Below are positions 10,473-21,858 of a stretch of 64,000 bases of DNA, one piece after another. The notes under the pieces were generated by a model. It saw only the letters and a program-made list of their open reading frames with translations, searched no databases and had not been told where the DNA came from. A program made the translations under genes and the position numbers. The DNA lies in contig CAVYIL010000005.1 in assembly GCA_963768325.1 (NCBI GenBank), positions 44,172 through 108,171 of the forward strand. Direction: 5' to 3'. How positions within the stretch are numbered: the stretch's first letter is position 1; every line of letters starts with the position of its first letter. The stretch comes from an uncultured Flavobacteriaceae bacterium. GTDB lineage: Bacteria > Bacteroidota > Bacteroidia > Flavobacteriales > Flavobacteriaceae.

Positions 10473-11146
10473 TTACTTACTTCTTTTCGACTTTAAAATT
10501 TAATAGAGAAAGAGAAATATCTTTATTTGACTTGTCCCATTCAAAATTAACTAGGGTAACCTTTCCAAACCTAACTTCAACGACCACTTTGTCGTCTTGT
10601 TTGGCATTGGATTTCCAACCGTTTACAAACTTCCATGTTTTTTTCAGAGTCTTCTTAAATTGTTTAACGGTCATAGTCTTTTTTGTTTTTTTCTTTTTTG
10701 CCATGTTACGCCTCCAAAGTTTTCTTAAACTTATTAAGTTTTTTAACAGTATTTGCTTTTACTACATGTTCTTCTAGTTCGGTAGTATATTTTTCTGATG
10801 ATCTAAATTCTTTTTTTTCTTTTTTAAGTTGCCGTTTCATCGCAACGTAGTCTTTGTGTAATGTTTTTACTTTTGCCTTTCTTACCTTTGCTTTTTTATT
10901 TGCCATAATAAACTCCTATTGTTATTTATCTTTTGTAGATTTATCTCCAAAAAATGTTTCTAATAGATCAATCATTTGGTTCTTTACATCAATTTCTGAA
11001 TCTTTTAATTCAGAATCATGTGATGTTCCATATAATAACCATATAGTATCGAAATCATTTTTTAATGCATGTAAGTATGCCCTACTGTTTCTAGATTTGT
11101 CCTGTTCATTTATTATAGAACGTTCCAATTTATCTCCTAGTATGAT

Positions 11147-11542
11147 TTATAGTTGAAATTTACTTTTGAATTCATATTTACATTTATCTTTATGGGGTAC
11201 TACAAATATTTTTTGCTTTCCTTTATTTTTTAATATGTATTCAAAATCTATTGGTTCTATAAGATTCCAATTGCTTAATAAGTATATAATAGTATTCCTT
11301 CTTTCAAAATCCTCTTCACTCATGTGTATTTTTTTCTCGTCTACTTCACCGTTACATTTAAAATCCATCATAGAAAACAATTCCATGAAGTGAACAATAT
11401 AATACTTTCCTTTATCATGGAATATGTGACAAGTTTGGTGTAAAGTATTTTCATTAGATAAGATTCCCATTCTAGAAACAGTTTCAACAACAACTAGGAA
11501 GTCAGATTTTAATTTGACTTCGGGGTAGTATCGGATATCCAT
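11147..11542 (-). CDS. regA: Translational repressor RegA
   Basis: DFLVVVETVSRMGI, LHQTCHIFHDKGKYYIVHFMELF, RRNTIIYLLSNWNLI. Confidence 0.95.
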   Translation of the reverse strand: MDIRYYPEVKLKSDFLVVVETVSRMGILSNENTLHQTCHIFHDKGKYYIVHFMELFSMMDFKCNGEVDEKKIHMSEEDFERRNTIIYLLSNWNLIEPIDFEYILKNKGKQKIFVVPHKDKCKYEFKSKFQL

Positions 11543-13497
11543 TTATACCCCTGTACCCATGCCCATAGCATTTGCTTTTTTCTCGTTTTCTCTCCTAAGA
11601 ATGGTTGACCAAATCTTCTCAAAATCCTCTTCTCCCATGTTGTTTGTAAAAACTATCTCTGTCATTTTTTTACTTTTATCTATTTTTTTAACTTGGTCTT
11701 TAATAAGAACTTTTAGTCTATCACCAATTGATTTAGCATGGTCTATAATTCTTTTCTCAATTTCACCATCAATTATAAGAATATTTTTTCCATCATCAAG
11801 TTTGAAGTCAAAATTGGTGAAACCATATTCCTTAAATAATGAAACTATCATACGAACTTTATCCGCAAAGGGTAACATAGTAGGATCAGAATCCTCTGGC
11901 GATTCGGGTTTCTTTTCACCTGTCATTGGATCAACAGGTGCGGTGTCGGCAACAGGTTTTCCTGTTTTAGGATCAACAGAAACAAAACTACCTTGAGCAT
12001 CTTTTTGCAAAGGTACTCCTGTTCTAGGATCAATAATTTCACCTGTGATGGGGTCTGCCTGTATAGTTACCTTTATGGTTTTATCTGGATCTTCGGGGTT
12101 TGCTATTTCAACTTCATCTCCCTCTTTAACTTTTGCACCACCTTCTTCTCCCATATCCATATCACCTAGAAGGTCTTCTCCACCTGGAACTTCTTCTTCT
12201 CCCGATGCAGTATCTTCGGTAGGAACTTTGTCGGCAGTATCTTTATTATCTATTATAGAGTCCGTATCAAAATCATCCGATGCTTTCTCTCCCGAATCAG
12301 CATCAACAGGTTCTACTTCTTTTCCCGCACCAACTTTCTTTGCAAGGTCTTTTGATTTTTTATCTTCTTTTTCTAATTCATCCATCAAGTTAGGGGGATC
12401 TTTTAATTTTTTAGATAGTTCGTTTGATCGTTTGAATTCCTTTTCCAATTCCTTCATAGGATCAGATTTTTCAGTTAGATATTCACCAAATAGATCAACA
12501 AAATCTTCACCTATTTGTTTCTTAACCCATTTCTTGGTCTGCCATATTTATTTTAGGATCTTTACTATTGTATGCAGTAGATAATGAAATTTCATTTCCT
12601 GTTTTAGGGTTCTTCATTATTTTTTTATTACCGTATGTTTTAAGAACTTTTTGAACTTTTTGATCTCTCCCTACTTTCTTTTTTTCAACTGCTTGTCCAT
12701 CATCTTTAGGTTTTTCTTTTCCGTCAGAATCTGTTTTGGGTTTTTCTTTCTCCCCTTCTTCGGGAGTATCCTCTTTTTTAGGTTTCTTCTTTTGGTTTTT
12801 CTTTCTCTCCTTCTTCGGGAGTATCCTCTTTTTTAGGATCATCACCTTTTAATGCTTCTTTCGCACCTTCTGGATTATCATTTTCAAGTTCCTTTTCAGC
12901 AGTATCATTTTTCTTTTTCTTTTCTTTTATAATTTTACTTAAAAGTTCATTTGCTTTGGAATCTCCTTCCTTTGCTTTGATTTCATTGTATTTCTTTTTA
13001 AATAATTCCATCCCCCCTGCGGCTAACGCACCAAACAACCTATCATATAAGTCACCACTCTTTAATGCTTCTCCTGCTTTACCAAGAACATCTGATTCTT
13101 TTGCTTTCTTTTCATGTTCTCCTTTTTTTATTTTTTCTTGTTTTGCCTGTAATTTTGTTAATCTATCTTGAAGTTTCTTTTTTTCTTTGGGGTCAGATGT
13201 TTTTTGAAGTTCTGATTGTACATCAGTTATTGCTAAACCGACATCTTCTGAACTTTTAATACCACTATCTTCTTCTCGTTCTGATTTCTTTTCGGATTGT
13301 AAATCTTTTTTTAATTGATTAAGAGTATCTTTTTCTTGTTTTATTTCAGTTTTCAATTGCTCTTTTTTTTCAGCATCTGATTCGTTTTTAAGTGTTTTTT
13401 CTAGTTTAGCAATACTTGCTATTTGATCTTTGATGTCGGAGTTGATATCCTCAACTGCACCTTCTTCGATACTAAATAAGTTTTGGAATTCTTTCAT
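11543..13497 (-). CDS. Large charged/coiled-coil hypothetical protein, probably one gene broken by indels; likely virion-associated
   Basis: ORFs 12778-13497, 12522-12845 and 11543-12457 continue each other; duplicated PKKEDTPEEGEKEKPK; late promoter 13527-13534. Confidence 0.55.
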
Positions 13498-13563
13498 ATA
13501 ATAATCCTGTATAACATTTATACAATTATTTATATGAAAATGGAAAGGGAAAGTAAATTATAA

Positions 13564-13944
13564 CTAGACCAACCCACCGACATCAAAAGACTTTTCGATC
13601 TCTTTAATATCTGCTTTAGACAGGTTCTTTAAATATTCTTTTCCAACTCTCTTGGAGACCTTGAAGTATTTACATACTACATCAAGTTTTGCAATTTTAC
13701 TTGCGTTGATATAACCTAACCATCTTTTCTTGTTAGGAATACCATACAGATAGAAGTAATATTGTTCTTTATCTGTGAAGTCACCCTTATTCATTTCATA
13801 AGCAAACGGTAAGGTGTCTTTGTGCATGGATAGATATCTGTTAATAATAAACGCACTATAACCATTTTGAAACTCGTACCAACGATCTTCTTTGGTTTCT
13901 GTTATGTTTTTTAATATTTCAAACAGTTTTGATTTCTTTTTCAT
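13564..13944 (-). CDS. gp62: Clamp loader small subunit (T4 gp62)
   Basis: LFEILKNI, YSAFIINRYLSM, AYEMN, QYYFYLYGIPNKKRW, YFKVSKRVGKEYL. Confidence 0.88.
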   Translation of the reverse strand: MKKKSKLFEILKNITETKEDRWYEFQNGYSAFIINRYLSMHKDTLPFAYEMNKGDFTDKEQYYFYLYGIPNKKRWLGYINASKIAKLDVVCKYFKVSKRVGKEYLKNLSKADIKEIEKSFDVGGLV

Positions 13945-14457
13945 GTTTCCATTCTATTTTGTATGTGTATGTGAAATAATCATCTTCCTTTCCATGAGTA
14001 GTTATATTATTTCCAACTTTACATTTTTCTATATCGTACCCCGATAAATTCATTATATATTCAAAGAACCTTAAACAGGTTGGAATCCACAACTGCATAT
14101 ATTTTGGTTGTGTTTCTTCTGTTAGTTCTTTAATATTTATTTTTGCTTTGAAGACAATCTCATAAATTCCATGGGATGCTACATCCTTTGCTCTTACCGA
14201 AAAATCTTCTAGGTTTCGTTTTACTTCTTCACATATAGAATTATGACTCTGTTCTATACACTCGGTAACATCTTTCTCTGTTTCTTCATCCAAATTTTTT
14301 ACTGATTTCCAATATGAAAGGAAACTGTTAGGATCTTTTGAAAGGAATACTTGTCCTGTTATTGTTTCAAATCCTGCGAACATTGCAGAGATTGAATCTA
14401 ACAACCTACTTGCACCTTTATCTGAAATATATTTTAATTCGTTTGCTCTAATCATCT

Positions 14458-15012
14458 TCATTTCTTGTTACACCTATCACATAGAGTTCTAATCCAACTG
14501 CCTGTTCTCCGTTTTCCCCTAGATCCACAACCCTCACAAGTTGTTGCCGATAGTTCTTCTGCGGTATTTATTTCATCGTATATTTCATCAGTACCATGAT
14601 TAGTATATATCCTAAGAGTTCCGAACTTCTCTTTGACTTGTGTTGCTTCTATGTAATTCTCAATATGGGTATATAATTTTCCGTAGAAAATTGCGTTGAA
14701 TTTATTATACAACCAAAAAGTAAATAATCTTCTTTTCGGTTTCTTAATTGTCAAAGTCATTCTATATTCCATTATTTTCAGATCTATCCAATCTATTATA
14801 TTATTAATGACTTGTTGAACCTTGTTAGGTTTCTTTATATCAAGAGAGTTGTTGTGTGCTTCTACCTTTTCTGCGACCATACGAATGAGAGGTTCCCACC
14901 CATCTCCACAAGCAAACCCCCAACACATACAGGTCTTCCACATAGGTTGTCCTCTTTGGGAAAAAAATGTAGGGAAATCCCTCATTAATTGCTTGTCTAG
15001 TTCTTCATTCAT
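14458..15012 (-). CDS. Conserved phage hypothetical protein (GDGW..QVKEKFGTLR..CEGCG family)
   Basis: Recognisable motif family of unknown function; promoter at 15018-15046. Confidence 0.7.
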   Translation of the reverse strand: MNEELDKQLMRDFPTFFSQRGQPMWKTCMCWGFACGDGWEPLIRMVAEKVEAHNNSLDIKKPNKVQQVINNIIDWIDLKIMEYRMTLTIKKPKRRLFTFWLYNKFNAIFYGKLYTHIENYIEATQVKEKFGTLRIYTNHGTDEIYDEINTAEELSATTCEGCGSRGKRRTGSWIRTLCDRCNKK

Positions 15013-15465
15013 ACTGTATTATATAATGAAAGTGGATTCAGATCAACTATTTCTTTTTCTTTTCGTTATCTGTTCGGATAACAGCATTAACTGCTGACAT
15101 TATTGCCTGTGCTATCTGTTCTTGACATTGTCGTGTGTACATCCTAGCACCTTCATACATCTTTGCATCAAGAACCAAATCGACTTTAATGATTGATTGT
15201 TGTGATTGACCGTCCATGTCTAGTTTTACTTTTTTGACTTTTGCTAATGGCATTATTTACTCCTGCAATATTAAATATTTTTTTATTCCTTCGGGGACTT
15301 TATATCCCTTCTTAAACCAAACTGCTCTTTGGGCATACCAATGACCTATCTTATTTTTATTCCTGTCCATTCTAACGTATATGGATATCGGAGTTCCCTT
15401 TTTAATAAAATAAAAATCTCCAATTAGATTCCACTTTTGTATTTGACCTATAGGGGCACACACTT

Positions 15466-16026
15466 TCATGTTAGGTATTCTAAACCACTCTCTATGTCTA
15501 TAATGACTCTTTTATTCTTTATTATATTCCAATGATTAACATTCTTTTCCACTAAACGGACATTCATATCCACATTTTTAACACTAGCACCATTTGGATA
15601 TTCGTTTTGTTGAAAGAAATTTGTTATCCTAGTTTGCCAAAAACTTTTAATACCTTTATTTAATGTAAGGTCTCTAAATTTCCCTGCAAGAAATAATGGA
15701 GCATGAGGATCAATTGTTATAATGGATATTGCATTAAAGTGTTTGATCATTTCCTTATAGTACTTATTACAAAATCTTATAGTGTTATATGCTCCCATTG
15801 ATTTTCCTATAAGAAATAATTTGGGGTTTTTAATACTTTTATCAAAGATCCATTCCTTCATTTTCCTATAAGGAAAAAACATAGTTGATCTGACCTCTCT
15901 TTGCTTTGCTATATATTGCTGATGGTCTGCTAGTATAGGTTCAACGATTGCCGATAAAGTTTTTTCGTCCTTCTTACTGCTTGCGGAATAACCTTCGGTG
16001 TATTGTATGATAATATTCTTTCCCAT
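15466..16026 (-). CDS. Alpha/beta-hydrolase (lipase/esterase-like)
   Basis: LFLIGKSMGA nucleophile elbow, ITIDP, C-terminal VNHWNI. Confidence 0.7.
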   Translation of the reverse strand: MGKNIIIQYTEGYSASSKKDEKTLSAIVEPILADHQQYIAKQREVRSTMFFPYRKMKEWIFDKSIKNPKLFLIGKSMGAYNTIRFCNKYYKEMIKHFNAISIITIDPHAPLFLAGKFRDLTLNKGIKSFWQTRITNFFQQNEYPNGASVKNVDMNVRLVEKNVNHWNIIKNKRVIIDIESGLEYLT

Positions 16027-17153
16027 GTTCCCTCACAATAGTTTAGCAATTAAATTTGCTATATCATCTGATATATCTGTTTGCTCCAAACCGCATATAT
16101 AGTGCCCGAACACATGCTTTGCATAAAAGGTTGGTTGTACGTTTCCCGATGCTGGGATGTTCAATCTTATTTCATCGTACCCTGTAAAATCACATGGATC
16201 GGTTGGTAAGTGTTTTTTTATTTTAGGTACAGGAATTTTATAAAAATTACAATAACTTTCTATTCTTTCTTTTACTTCATTAAACTTTTCTTCTTGATTC
16301 ATTAATAACTTCCTATTATTTCTTGATCTGCTTTTATTCTTGCTTCACACCATTTACAAATCAAGCAACCTTTACAATCGGGTCTGTATATGACCTTACA
16401 TCCATATGCTATTTGCAATATTCTTAACTTAAAATTAATTAAGTTTGTAAAAATCTTCATTCGATATTATTTATCTCTCGGAGTAAAATACGTTTCTTCC
16501 TCATATCCCAATCGTATTTTGTTAAGCAGGGAAGTCGTTTGAAATATCCTTTGTCTGAGGACATAATAATTTCCTCATAAAGAAGGTAGTCTGGAAGGTG
16601 TCTTTCTTTAAGTTGTTTGTGCATCACATGCATATATGTTTCATACATAATGATATCTCGCAATTCATTCTCTAGTTTTTCTTCTTTATGTCCATAGTCA
16701 TAGGGATCTAAACTAATTCTAGGAAGTCTTTTATCTTTATAATAAACATGTTGTTTCTTAATACCTTTTGAAACGACATCAACAAACGTTATATCCCTAT
16801 CGTAGTTGATTCTCATTTCTTCTTCTCATACTTCTTTCTTCTGTCTTCTAAACATTTTTTCATCCACACTATCATTTCAGTTGACTCTTTAGGGTTTAGA
16901 TCGGCACAAGCACCGTACCAACTAGGGACACCTTTTATTGACCACCAAACATTTTTGAAGTAAGTTTTTACACAATGCCATTTGTATGCAATTTTTTCTG
17001 ATAAAGTATTTACTTTCCACCAACGTTTTTTCTCGTCCCCTGTAGGAAAACTAACAACTTTAAATTCCAAATAGAAAGTACAATCTTCTTCATCAAAACA
17101 GATTCTTGTTAGATGATCCACACTATGGCAATCACATTCTACATATTTATATT

Positions 17154-17858
17154 TCATTTTTTTCCCCTTAATTCTTTAACTCTGTCATATGCCACCGAGT
17201 ATGATACCTTAAAATGCCTTGCTATTTCTGATATCTTTTTATTTTCGTCCAATAATTTTTTTAATTCTTTGATATTTAATTTAATTTTTTTGTGACTCTC
17301 TTTTCCCAACTTTGCCATACGCATTTTCATTCTAGTTTCTTTACTTTTTGGTTTTGAATTTGATTCCCTTAAATTATTTAACCACAATTCTTTGTTTTTA
17401 TATTTTCTGTTTTTATTTGATTCTCTTATTTTTTCTATTGTTTCTTTGGAATGTTTTTTTCCACTCATAGACCACTTGCCTTTTTTCTTCATTGTTTCCA
17501 TGACAGACTTCATTCTTTTTTCTATCCATTCCTTACTCTGTTTTTTTCCATTATTAGTATTTCCACCATCTCCACCAAGGGTCATGTTATATCCCTTGCC
17601 GTTTACATAAAAAGAATCTAAAGTTCTTATCCATTCTTTTTCTTTTTCGTTTATTTCTTCGTTTGTTTTTCCTTCATCTATTTTCTCAATAATAAAATTA
17701 TCATACCCATGATGGTTTATAGAATCGTATAATCTTCTATTAATTTTTTTCTTTGCATTAAAAATGTGTTTATACATTCTTTCCTCTATTGTCTTCTTTG
17801 TTTTTCCAACATATACCTTACCGTTAATAATATTTGTTATTTTATAAATAATCATCAT
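17154..17858 (-). CDS. GIY-YIG homing endonuclease with NUMOD3 and C-terminal HTH
   Basis: IIYKITNIINGKVYVGKT, KEKEWI, GYNMTLGGDG, GKKHSKET; late promoter 17872-17879. Confidence 0.92.
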   Translation of the reverse strand: MMIIYKITNIINGKVYVGKTKKTIEERMYKHIFNAKKKINRRLYDSINHHGYDNFIIEKIDEGKTNEEINEKEKEWIRTLDSFYVNGKGYNMTLGGDGGNTNNGKKQSKEWIEKRMKSVMETMKKKGKWSMSGKKHSKETIEKIRESNKNRKYKNKELWLNNLRESNSKPKSKETRMKMRMAKLGKESHKKIKLNIKELKKLLDENKKISEIARHFKVSYSVAYDRVKELRGKK

Positions 17859-17892
17859 GGTCTCCTAGTATTATTTATACCAGAATGTGTTA

Positions 17893-18561
17893 TTAATTAT
17901 AAATTTTTATTATTTTTTCTATTTCTTTTTCTTTCCATTCCTTTTCTGGTTTGTATTCTATTTTACACAATTCTCTAGGGATTGGTATAAAACAATCTAA
18001 CTCTAGTGCTTTTTTATTCATCTTTTTATCTTTATGGCAAACCATAACTCCACAATCAAGTAAAGGTCTACCAACAGACCTAAAGACATATCTAGGAAGA
18101 AAATAATATTTCTGAAACGTTAATTCTGATCCCCTTCCTATGGATTGATAAACAAACGTATTATTTATAATAAAAAACATAACTCCATGATCATCCAACA
18201 AATTATTATACAGGTGATGGTATATTTCTTCCGTTAGTGTAACTGGAACCCATGGGGGATTGCATACTATAACATCATACTTATTCCCACTTTCGGGATA
18301 ATATGAAGTAATACTCTGTCCACTCTTTTTAATATCTTGCATTGTTAGTCGGGAGTCACCAATACTTTCCATAAGAGTATAACCCAGTACACCGTCATTA
18401 GCACACGCATCGAGTATTTTTGTCTTCTTTAAATTATTAGGAAGGTGTGGTTTAAGATAATTGACCATAAATTCTGAAACGGGTTTATTAAAAAAGATGT
18501 CGTTTTCTTGAATTGAATTTCGTTTGCCCTTTTGAGCAGTACCACCACCTCGTTGTCCCAT
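17893..18561 (-). CDS. Amino-DNA methyltransferase (N6-adenine/N4-cytosine)
   Basis: ILDACANDGVLG (motif I) and VIVCNPPW (motif IV). Confidence 0.8.
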   Translation of the reverse strand: MGQRGGGTAQKGKRNSIQENDIFFNKPVSEFMVNYLKPHLPNNLKKTKILDACANDGVLGYTLMESIGDSRLTMQDIKKSGQSITSYYPESGNKYDVIVCNPPWVPVTLTEEIYHHLYNNLLDDHGVMFFIINNTFVYQSIGRGSELTFQKYYFLPRYVFRSVGRPLLDCGVMVCHKDKKMNKKALELDCFIPIPRELCKIEYKPEKEWKEKEIEKIIKIYN

Positions 18562-18570
18562 TATTTTCTC

Positions 18571-19542
18571 CTACCACAAAACATTTTCATTTTTATTGAA
18601 CCCATTGAGAGCATACTGTTTAAAATCTTTCCATGGATTCGTATTTTTAAATCGTGCCCAAGAAGGACGGTTTACCATACTCTTTAATTTTTTAATAAAT
18701 TCATTTTTTTGTATAGATTCGTGATCATTAGATTCGTAGTTATAGTAAGGCATAATATACGGAGAGAATTTATATTTTTGATATACGATCTCGATTCTTT
18801 CCAACATGTCTTCTATAGAATCATTAAATCCACAAAGAACATAACAAGCAATTCTATGACTCGGTATTTTTGATTTTATAATTAAATCTGCACCCCTAAT
18901 AAATTTTTCCTTTATTTTAATGTTGTCAAATGCTACATGTATTTGACGATCATATTTTACCTTCGATAGATTATGAAGGAATTCTTCATCAAAAAGTCTA
19001 ATGTCTAACCCTTGATTAAAAGTAATAGTAAATTTCTTTTCTTTCTGCATTTTTATTATTCTTTTCAATAAATCATTTCTATTTTTTAGTGCTGAAAAAT
19101 TATTATCTAAAAATTTAATTTTATTATGTTTTCCTGTGTATATTTCTTCGGGATCGTGAACTTGTTTTAACTTCCCCTCTTTTATAGGAACAACACAAAA
19201 ACCACATTTTCTTACACACCCTCTTGAAATATATCCTATGTCATATTCGTTATCGGGGTATATATCATAATCTGGTTTAGACTCGTCTGCACCATCAGGT
19301 AAGCAAACTTTGAAATCGTAACCTGTACCACCCTTTATTATTTCCTTAGAAGTGATCTTTTCCTTGAAGTCTTTTGTGAAATTAAAAATTTTAGACATAT
19401 ATACTTTGTCATACGTTCCATTGAAATGTTTATACCATCCAACATTATCTCCCATTTGCTTATGGTATGCAGACAATTTCATTAATGCCAAGTTTGCAAT
19501 CTTGCTATCTACATCTATTAAACCAATGTTCAGTTTGCTCAT
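18571..19542 (-). CDS. Radical SAM protein
   Basis: SRGCVRKCGFC, NLALMKLSAYHK, FLDNN, FNQGLDIRL. Confidence 0.88.
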   Translation of the reverse strand: MSKLNIGLIDVDSKIANLALMKLSAYHKQMGDNVGWYKHFNGTYDKVYMSKIFNFTKDFKEKITSKEIIKGGTGYDFKVCLPDGADESKPDYDIYPDNEYDIGYISRGCVRKCGFCVVPIKEGKLKQVHDPEEIYTGKHNKIKFLDNNFSALKNRNDLLKRIIKMQKEKKFTITFNQGLDIRLFDEEFLHNLSKVKYDRQIHVAFDNIKIKEKFIRGADLIIKSKIPSHRIACYVLCGFNDSIEDMLERIEIVYQKYKFSPYIMPYYNYESNDHESIQKNEFIKKLKSMVNRPSWARFKNTNPWKDFKQYALNGFNKNENVLW

Positions 19543-19582
19543 TTCAAATCCTCCAATATTATATAATGAATTGATTTTTAAA

Positions 19583-20038
19583 TCAAAGTTTTTCTATCTC
19601 GTCTATGAGATCAATTTTTCTAAGTCGTGAATATTCTTTTATGAATTTTCCGTTCCCCGATGTTACATAGTCAAACATAGAAAATATATGTTCAACAGGA
19701 TATAGGTCTTCGCCATCATGTCCCCATTGCCAAACATCGTCCCATATTAAGAAAGGGTTATCTCTTTTGAACCCCGCCAATCTTTGCCTTAAATTTGTTG
19801 ATGGTATAATCCTCTTAGATATAGAAAATTTTTTGAACTTATGAAATTTTCCTTTCTCAATTATTCTGTTTAGAACATAATCAGAAAGTCTTATATTTGT
19901 AACAACCATAACAACATTAGGATAGTGTTGTATAAACTTGTCTATACAATGTTCTGTTTTACCCGATTGTCTTCCACCAAAAAAGTATTTATCTCCCTCA
20001 CCTATTATTTTAGGTTTAGGGAACTTAGAAGGGGTCAT
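19583..20038 (-). CDS. Small P-loop protein resembling the ATPase core of terminase large subunit
   Basis: GGRQSGKT Walker A (T4 gp17 has SRQLGKT), LIWDD Walker-B-like; about 151 aa from ATG 20038; ends IDEIEKL. Confidence 0.55.
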   Translation of the reverse strand: MTPSKFPKPKIIGEGDKYFFGGRQSGKTEHCIDKFIQHYPNVVMVVTNIRLSDYVLNRIIEKGKFHKFKKFSISKRIIPSTNLRQRLAGFKRDNPFLIWDDVWQWGHDGEDLYPVEHIFSMFDYVTSGNGKFIKEYSRLRKIDLIDEIEKL

Positions 20039-20039
20039 A

Positions 20040-20625
20040 CTAATTACCTGTGCTACCAAAACCCCCGACTCCACGAACAGTATCATCTAAATCTTCCACA
20101 ACCTTGACACCAAACGTTGGTACGGCATGGAAAACCATTTGGGCAATTTTGTCTCCTAGTTCTATTTTAATTTTTTCTTTAGATGTATTAAATACAAGAA
20201 CCTTAACCTCCCCTCTATAATTATCATCAATGACCCCTGCCATAATGTGCAATCCTTTTTTAAATGCGTTCCCCGATCTATCTAATATCTGTCCATAATA
20301 ACCTATGGGGATTGCCATGGAAACTCCAGTTGAAACTAAAACCCTTTCTCCCGATTTTAGTGTGTATGATTCATTACTGAACATGTCCCATCCTGCATCA
20401 CTAACATGTGCTTTCTCTGGAACCTTTGCATTTGGTGTTAGCAGTTTTATTTTAAGAGTAGTTCGGTTCTCATGTAAAGATGATACTGCTTCATTATCTA
20501 GGGTCGTTTGCAAACAACTAGAACATAAAAATGAATCTGCATAAGTATATGCTCCTGTAGTTCCGCAACCATCACACGCCGTTTCGGGGTGCAATACAAA
20601 ATCTTCTCTTTCGTTAGTATCCATA
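20040..20625 (-). CDS. dut: dUTPase with an N-terminal CxxC..CxxC extension
   Basis: DAGWDM, RSGNA, GVIDDNYRGEV, IAQMV, RGVGGFGSTG. Confidence 0.95.
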
Positions 20626-20626
20626 T

Positions 20627-21106
20627 TTACCTCGGAACGAAAATCCACCCAAGCATCCGTACTGCCAACCAATAAAGACCTGCTAGTTTAAATTTTCTTT
20701 TTTTCAATTCATTATAAAATATTTTATCTGCTTGTTTCCTAGTATATGGGCATACCTTATAATATAACATTTGATACAAAGCATCATGTATCATAGATGC
20801 ATAGTATGCCACAGGTTTTCCTATCGTTACATCTATCACACCATCGGGAGTTCCAACCCAAAACAAATCACATATAGAAATGTTGGGAGAACATCCGTTC
20901 CATGAATATCCTTGAAGGATATCAATAGTACCATCTTTCTCTATACTTATCCATAACTGTCCGTTTTTATCCATCCAATTTATTGCGTATTTTCCTTTCG
21001 GGAGTTCTATAGGAATTTTTGTTTCGTATGTAAAATCTCTTTCTAATTTATATCTCCATCTAGACATTGTAACCATCCATATTTTTATTTGCCTTATCTT
21101 CGGCAC
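20627..21106 (-). CDS. DUF1353-like protein
   Basis: GYSWNGCSP, ASMIHDALYQ, RKQADKIF, YWLAVRMLG. Confidence 0.75.
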   Translation of the reverse strand: MPKIRQIKIWMVTMSRWRYKLERDFTYETKIPIELPKGKYAINWMDKNGQLWISIEKDGTIDILQGYSWNGCSPNISICDLFWVGTPDGVIDVTIGKPVAYYASMIHDALYQMLYYKVCPYTRKQADKIFYNELKKRKFKLAGLYWLAVRMLGWIFVPR

Positions 21107-21428
21107 GTTTTACCTTTTCAGTTGCTTTACGATATCCTTCATCGTTTCTATTTGATAATTGATCATTAATTGCCAATTCCTTATCCAACTTCGATCTCCA
21201 ATCATGACCACCACCTAAACCAGCACCTGTCCATCCCACACCTTTATACTGTACAGGAACTGCAATGTCAAAGCAATTTGCCATAGTACCTTTCTTCTTA
21301 CAATTTGGACATTCATATTTCTTTTTTCTATTTTCATATTCCTTAAGCGTTATAAAAGACCATTCCTCTTTAAAACCGCAACACGAACACATAACATTAT
21401 AAGTCATAAATTTCTCCTTCCATTTCAT
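21060..21428 (-). CDS. FmdB-family zinc-ribbon protein
   Basis: MTYNVMCSCCG...CPNC...VQYKGVGW. Confidence 0.75.
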   Translation of the reverse strand: MKWKEKFMTYNVMCSCCGFKEEWSFITLKEYENRKKKYECPNCKKKGTMANCFDIAVPVQYKGVGWTGAGLGGGHDWRSKLDKELAINDQLSNRNDEGYRKATEKVKRAEDKANKNMDGYNV

Positions 21429-21858
21429 TTATATTTATATTTTCATTTTCAAGTATATTTAATTCAAGTTCTAGTACTGATATAAAATAGTCACAATTAA
21501 AATCTTTTTCTACTTCATTTTCTTCTAATACTGATCCACCAAACACACAACAGATACCCTCTTTCTCCATTTTGTTTGCACAATTAGGACATGATTTTAT
21601 CATTAACAGTTTCCTTTTTGAATTCCACCCTTTTTCTATCTTTTCCTTTTACATCTACTAAATCAAGTATAGGTTTCTTTTTCTTTAACCACTTGATATA
21701 TTGTTTACTTGTTATCGGTGCTTTATCAACATGATCTAACCTTGAACATCTAACATCTTCTATTTTTATGTCAGGACAAGGTTCGTTAAATAAATATTGC
21801 AATTCAAAAACCCTATTGCAATTCCTACAGTAATAAAATCCTTTCATATATTCGTTCA

